Source: Promethearchaeota archaeon
GTDB lineage: Archaea; Asgardarchaeota; Lokiarchaeia; Sigyniarchaeales; SOKP01
Assembly (NCBI GenBank): GCA_016840165.1
Contig: JAEOSU010000072.1
Coordinates: 224,001 to 288,000 of the forward strand
DNA: 64,000 bases
Reading direction: 5' to 3'
Of this stretch, positions 60,267-64,000 are shown piece by piece. The notes under the pieces were generated by a model that ran no database searches, was not told where the DNA came from, and saw nothing but the letters and a program-made list of their open reading frames with translations. Made by a program: the position numbers and the translations under genes. Positions within the stretch are counted from its first letter, which is position 1. Each line of letters begins with the position of its first letter.

Positions 60267-61925
60267 TTATATTATGTTAAAAAAATTAATTATATTTAAT
60301 CCTAAGAACAAAAAAACAATGATTATTAATATTATATTGATTCTTCTGAAAATTGGATACTCTAACTGTATTTCTCTTGGACTAGTCGCCATCGTGTATC
60401 CACTGAAAGACATCGTTGAGAAGAAACTTAGCCAAAAAATAATTACACTCTGTAAAAAAACATAGAGCACTGAGTAATGAATAAACCATGTAAATAGGCT
60501 TAGAATAAAGAGAGTAATACCTCCAAAAAATATTGCTTTTAGAACAAATTTTCTTGTAAATTTTGAAAGTGGGAAGAAAATGGATATTATAGCGTTTGAT
60601 AAAATTACCCAGATTGCCAACTCCCCAACCCAAAATAGATATTTTGCTTTACTTAAAGCTAGAAGTAGGATTAATAGTCCTAAAAGAGGTAACCAAAATA
60701 TTTTGCGAAATAAAAAAGTAATATGTGTTATTCCCGCACGGATTCTTTGAGTAAAGGTAAATTTCGCAAGTTTCATAGAATCTGGTTTTTTAGTAGGTTT
60801 ATTCTTGACATATTCCTTTATTTTATTCGACCATACTGGTCCATATTTTATTTTAAAAGGAAAATTTTTAGGAAGCTGTGGGATTGATATTCCACCTGCA
60901 GATAATTGAGGGAGAATCAGAGTTTTTGTGTTTGTAATCTGTTTAATTCCAGTAGCATTGATTGCATTTAAGAGTTGTATATTTCCAAAGTCTCCGCCTC
61001 TCGCAGCACACCATACATTTATGCCGTTAGAATCTATACATAAAACCCAAGCGTCAATATCTTTTAAATCTCGCATTACTTTTATATATGTATAGTCATA
61101 ATTAGCAGTCACAATAATAGGAGAGTGCTCATCTGGATTTCCTGACCTATAAATACCCGGTTCGATTGCAACTCTATCCACTTGCCCAGTAAATAAACAT
61201 CGGTATATTCTAAACTGAGATTTTATTCCTTTAAAGTTTCGTAATTTCGGTCTATAGTATCCTGGTTCGTTTTCGGTGTTGACTGTAATTTTTTGTAATT
61301 CTATAGCTCTAATAGCCCCATGAGCCCATTCCTTTTTTGTAAGAATTTTGAATCCTATAGAACTTAAAAAACCTAAAAAGTAATTATTAGTATGAGTACC
61401 TCCCAATCTTAATTTCCGTAATTTTTTTTTATACCACCATCTTTTTAACCTAAATTGTATCTTCCAGAAACCTGAAGGGATAAACTCTGCCGCTATTATT
61501 AGCCTTCCATCAGGTTTCAAAGCTCTCCAAACATTTCTCAAAAAAATTTGTTGTTCTAAAGGTTTAAGCTCAGAAAGCATAAATGTACTCAATATAAGAT
61601 CTTGTGAGCTATTGTCAACTTCTAAGTCCTTATAAGAACCGACTTGGTATAAAAGCTCTACTTCTTTTTCAGTTGGATAATTATCCATAGCATATTTAAT
61701 CATATTCAAGTTATTATCTATTGCTTTAACAATATTCTCTTTTAAAGCAGCATTTTTTGCTAAAGTACCAGTGCCACATCCAATATCTAAGATAGTACTG
61801 TTTTTTTTAATCTTTTCCAATATCCACTCTTGAACTTTATTATTTACGCCCTTAGTTAAAGATGTGAATTCTGAATCATATGATTTCGGAACTTCCTCTA
61901 ATTTTTTCATATATACTACTGCCAT
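60267..61925 (-). CDS. hgcA-like: SAM-dependent methyltransferase fused to an HgcA-like corrinoid-binding membrane protein
   Basis: N-terminal ILDIGCGTG...LKPDG. Then EPGIYRSGNPDEHSPIIVTANY, GINVWCAARGG, LILPQLSAGG, YGPV, about 5 TM helices and the MSFSGYTMATS...E motif. Confidence 0.85.
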   Translation of the reverse strand: MAVVYMKKLEEVPKSYDSEFTSLTKGVNNKVQEWILEKIKKNSTILDIGCGTGTLAKNAALKENIVKAIDNNLNMIKYAMDNYPTEKEVELLYQVGSYKDLEVDNSSQDLILSTFMLSELKPLEQQIFLRNVWRALKPDGRLIIAAEFIPSGFWKIQFRLKRWWYKKKLRKLRLGGTHTNNYFLGFLSSIGFKILTKKEWAHGAIRAIELQKITVNTENEPGYYRPKLRNFKGIKSQFRIYRCLFTGQVDRVAIEPGIYRSGNPDEHSPIIVTANYDYTYIKVMRDLKDIDAWVLCIDSNGINVWCAARGGDFGNIQLLNAINATGIKQITNTKTLILPQLSAGGISIPQLPKNFPFKIKYGPVWSNKIKEYVKNKPTKKPDSMKLAKFTFTQRIRAGITHITFLFRKIFWLPLLGLLILLLALSKAKYLFWVGELAIWVILSNAIISIFFPLSKFTRKFVLKAIFFGGITLFILSLFTWFIHYSVLYVFLQSVIIFWLSFFSTMSFSGYTMATSPREIQLEYPIFRRINIILIIIVFLFLGLNIINFFNII

Positions 61926-61936
61926 TCAACACCAAC

Positions 61937-63022
61937 TTATTTGGATTTCCAAAACCCAATTTTTCCCAAATATCTCCCTAAATAGACAATTGAGAGCATA
62001 ATAGGCACTTCCCAGAACAACCCCATGGTAGTACCTAATGCGGCATAAGAACCAATCCCATACATCGCTATTGCTGTTGCGATCGCGATCTCAAAATGAC
62101 TAGACGAACCAATGATGACTGTAATTACTGCCTCTTTATATTTCAATTTAAGCAATTTTGTGACTATAACATTATAACTAACAACAATTACAAATCCCAC
62201 CAATAGGGGAATAGATACTATTAATAAAAGATCAGGATTAGTAATTAGTACATTACCATTTAGCGAAAATAGTACAACAAGAGTTATCAATAAAGCTATA
62301 ATCGATACTTTTCCGACGAATGGACGATATTTTTCATCGAACCAAACTTTACCTTTAGAAGATATTATTAATTTCTTGCTTAAGATCCCCAGAAGCAAAG
62401 GTAAACCAATAAAAAATATTAAAGAAACAAGTAATAGTAAAATATCTATAGGAATATTTTTAATTCCTGATAATAATGAGACCATTCCAACATAGCCAAA
62501 AATTATTGTAATTGTATTAAGACTTGTATTAAGGACATTTTGTTCCTGATTTCCTTTAGCCATCCAACCCCAAACCAAAACCATAGCAGTACAGGGTGAA
62601 CTAGATAATAAAATAATTGCAAATCCCAATTGTCTCACTATTTCTGAATCTCCCGGTAAAAATATGTTTACCATCAACAAACCAACGAAGGGTGCCACTA
62701 ACCAGTTAGAGATTAAAGTTAAAATTATAGGTTTGGGATTCTTTCCAAGTTTTTTTAATTCCGATGCTTGAAGATTTAACATCGCAGGATACATCATTAA
62801 AAATAAACAAATACCAATTGGTATAGAAATGTTTCCAATAGTGAAAGAATTGATTAAAATACTAATTTCTGGAAGAAATTGGGAAATTAAAATCCCTAAG
62901 ATTATGCAAATTCCTACCCAGATTGGTAATAATCTTTCAAAATAGTTGATTTTTCTCGATTTTTGTTTATCTGGTTCATCAAAACTCTCTAATAATTCCT
63001 GTTCAAACTCTTCTTCAGCCAT
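61937..63022 (-). CDS. acr3: Acr3 arsenite efflux transporter
   Basis: FERLLPIWV, MMYPAM, SPCTAMVLVW, SSHFEIAIATAIAMYG, EVPIML. Confidence 0.93.
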   Translation of the reverse strand: MAEEEFEQELLESFDEPDKQKSRKINYFERLLPIWVGICIILGILISQFLPEISILINSFTIGNISIPIGICLFLMMYPAMLNLQASELKKLGKNPKPIILTLISNWLVAPFVGLLMVNIFLPGDSEIVRQLGFAIILLSSSPCTAMVLVWGWMAKGNQEQNVLNTSLNTITIIFGYVGMVSLLSGIKNIPIDILLLLVSLIFFIGLPLLLGILSKKLIISSKGKVWFDEKYRPFVGKVSIIALLITLVVLFSLNGNVLITNPDLLLIVSIPLLVGFVIVVSYNVIVTKLLKLKYKEAVITVIIGSSSHFEIAIATAIAMYGIGSYAALGTTMGLFWEVPIMLSIVYLGRYLGKIGFWKSK

Positions 63023-63128
63023 AATTCTCAAATTATATTTAATGTGTTTTTATTCATATTATTAAATGAAATTGTAATTTCATCTAATTAGAGTCTGAGA
63101 TATAGTTATTTTGGCTCAAATAAAAACA

Positions 63129-63146
63129 TTTCGATTTGAATCGAAA
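63129..63146. promoter_or_regulatory. Candidate ArsR operator
   Basis: Perfect 8-2-8 inverted repeat TTTCGATT-TG-AATCGAAA between the divergent acr3 and arsR genes. Confidence 0.55.
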
Positions 63147-63233
63147 CAAATTTATCTGAATAAATTTTTTATACTTTAATAGCTTCTAGATACATAAGAA
63201 TTTACCAATCCTTAAATAAAATGGTGGTTTATT

Positions 63234-63626
63234 ATTAAAACCAATAGAAAAGCGGAAGTTAAAGAAATGTTATGCTCATGTGATGTATGTGGAGATAGTG
63301 AGACTCTTTTCATTAATTTGCAACAATTAGGAAAAAATCTTAGGTATGATGAGCAAATTAATAAAGCTATTAATTTTTTAAATGTTTTAGGAAATATTGA
63401 AAGACTAATAATTATTAATGTTTTGAAGGAAAAGGATAGATGTGTCTGTGAATTAGAAGCTATTTTAGATAAATCTCAACCATCAATCTCTCACCATTTA
63501 AGGGAATTGGAAAAGCTTAATTTAATCCAAGGATTAAAAAAAGGAAAATTTACCTATTATTCCCTCAATAAGGATGCTTTAATATCTAGTTTAACCTATA
63601 TTATAAACCAATTAAATGTTAAATAA
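63234..63626 (+). CDS. arsR: ArsR/SmtB metalloregulator
   Basis: RCVCELEAILDKSQPSISHHLREL...KKGKFTYYSL; N-terminal CSCDVC. The start is the ATG at 63267 or an ATT at 63234 after GGTGG. Confidence 0.9.
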   Translation: MKTNRKAEVKEMLCSCDVCGDSETLFINLQQLGKNLRYDEQINKAINFLNVLGNIERLIIINVLKEKDRCVCELEAILDKSQPSISHHLRELEKLNLIQGLKKGKFTYYSLNKDALISSLTYIINQLNVK

Positions 63627-63728
63627 TTCTATGCATCTTGTCCAAATTTTAAACCTAATAAACTCAAAGAATATGTTGATTTCTATTTTTATGGAATTAA
63701 TGGTAAAAGGTAAAAAAGAATGTATTTA

Positions 63729-64000
63729 TTATTTTGGTTTTAATGTTTGTTTAGACTCGAGATTTTCTGAAATAGCTTCTTTTGTAAAGAGATAGGGAAT
63801 ATACTTTCCTTTCACCCAAAGTTTAATTAAATCTTTATAATGTTTATGAAAGGGAAGACCAGATTGACCACCAGGAAGGGCTCCTATAGAATTATCCCAG
63901 TTTGAGAGATCATGAATCTGACGATAAGATGGCCCAGAGAGCACATCGAATCCTTCAGAAGGATCATAAGAGCCCGGATTTAAAGTATTTCCATCTCCTC
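63729..64000 (-). CDS. C-terminal fragment of a penicillin acylase-family Ntn hydrolase (runs off the window)
   Basis: GDGNTLN...GPSYRQIHDL...LPGGQSG..FHKHYKD...W..G.Y.P. Confidence 0.8.
   Translation of the reverse strand, partial: GDGNTLNPGSYDPSEGFDVLSGPSYRQIHDLSNWDNSIGALPGGQSGLPFHKHYKDLIKLWVKGKYIPYLFTKEAISENLESKQTLKPK

Noticed and set aside
60267-61925. Calling this a bona fide mercury methylase (hgcA)
   Set aside because: The cap helix reads NVWCAARG rather than N(V/I)WCA(A/G)GK, the ferredoxin has CTECSAC rather than C(M/I)ECGAC, and there is an extra MT domain. Homology is clear but activity cannot be assumed.
1-64000. rRNA, tRNA, CRISPR arrays, transposases or integrases
   Set aside because: I found no GC-rich RNA-like island, repeat-spacer array or recombinase motif by eye; a tRNAscan/Infernal run would be needed to exclude small RNAs.

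Overview
AT-rich archaeal window, most likely Lokiarchaeia (Asgard). The evidence is a Lokiactin-type actin, an Asgard-type profilin domain, TFB, and GGTGA/GGAGG ribosome-binding motifs. Family assignments come from motifs I read by eye; no database searches were run. In order, the window holds: a lipid/redox cluster (CrtC-like, SCP2-like, two FAD oxidoreductases, a CCG Fe-S protein, and a divergent GGR/FixC + ferredoxin pair); a grpE-dnaK-dnaJ-clpB-tfb heat-shock operon; pyk; aor; an RNase J-like gene; a BpsA-AdoMetDC fusion; fetAB; an orphan histidine kinase; a PadR-led UvrA2/VOC cluster; actin followed by a profilin-TrmB fusion; a CobN/ChlH + ChlD chelatase pair; a Liv ABC transporter with a membrane HEAT protein and an acyl-CoA ligase; and an ArsR/Acr3 locus. 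Two candidate undescribed systems stand out. (1) An actin gene directly followed by a profilin domain fused to a TrmB-type DNA-binding domain, with a phased three-heptamer array at the actin promoter; this could be a G-actin-sensing transcription circuit. (2) An arsenic operon encoding a SAM-methyltransferase fused to an HgcA-like corrinoid membrane protein, an HgcB-like ferredoxin, a CxC protein, and a ubiquitin-like protein ending Gly-Cys-TGA-TGA with a SECIS-like hairpin downstream. I saw no rRNA, tRNA, CRISPR array or transposase.
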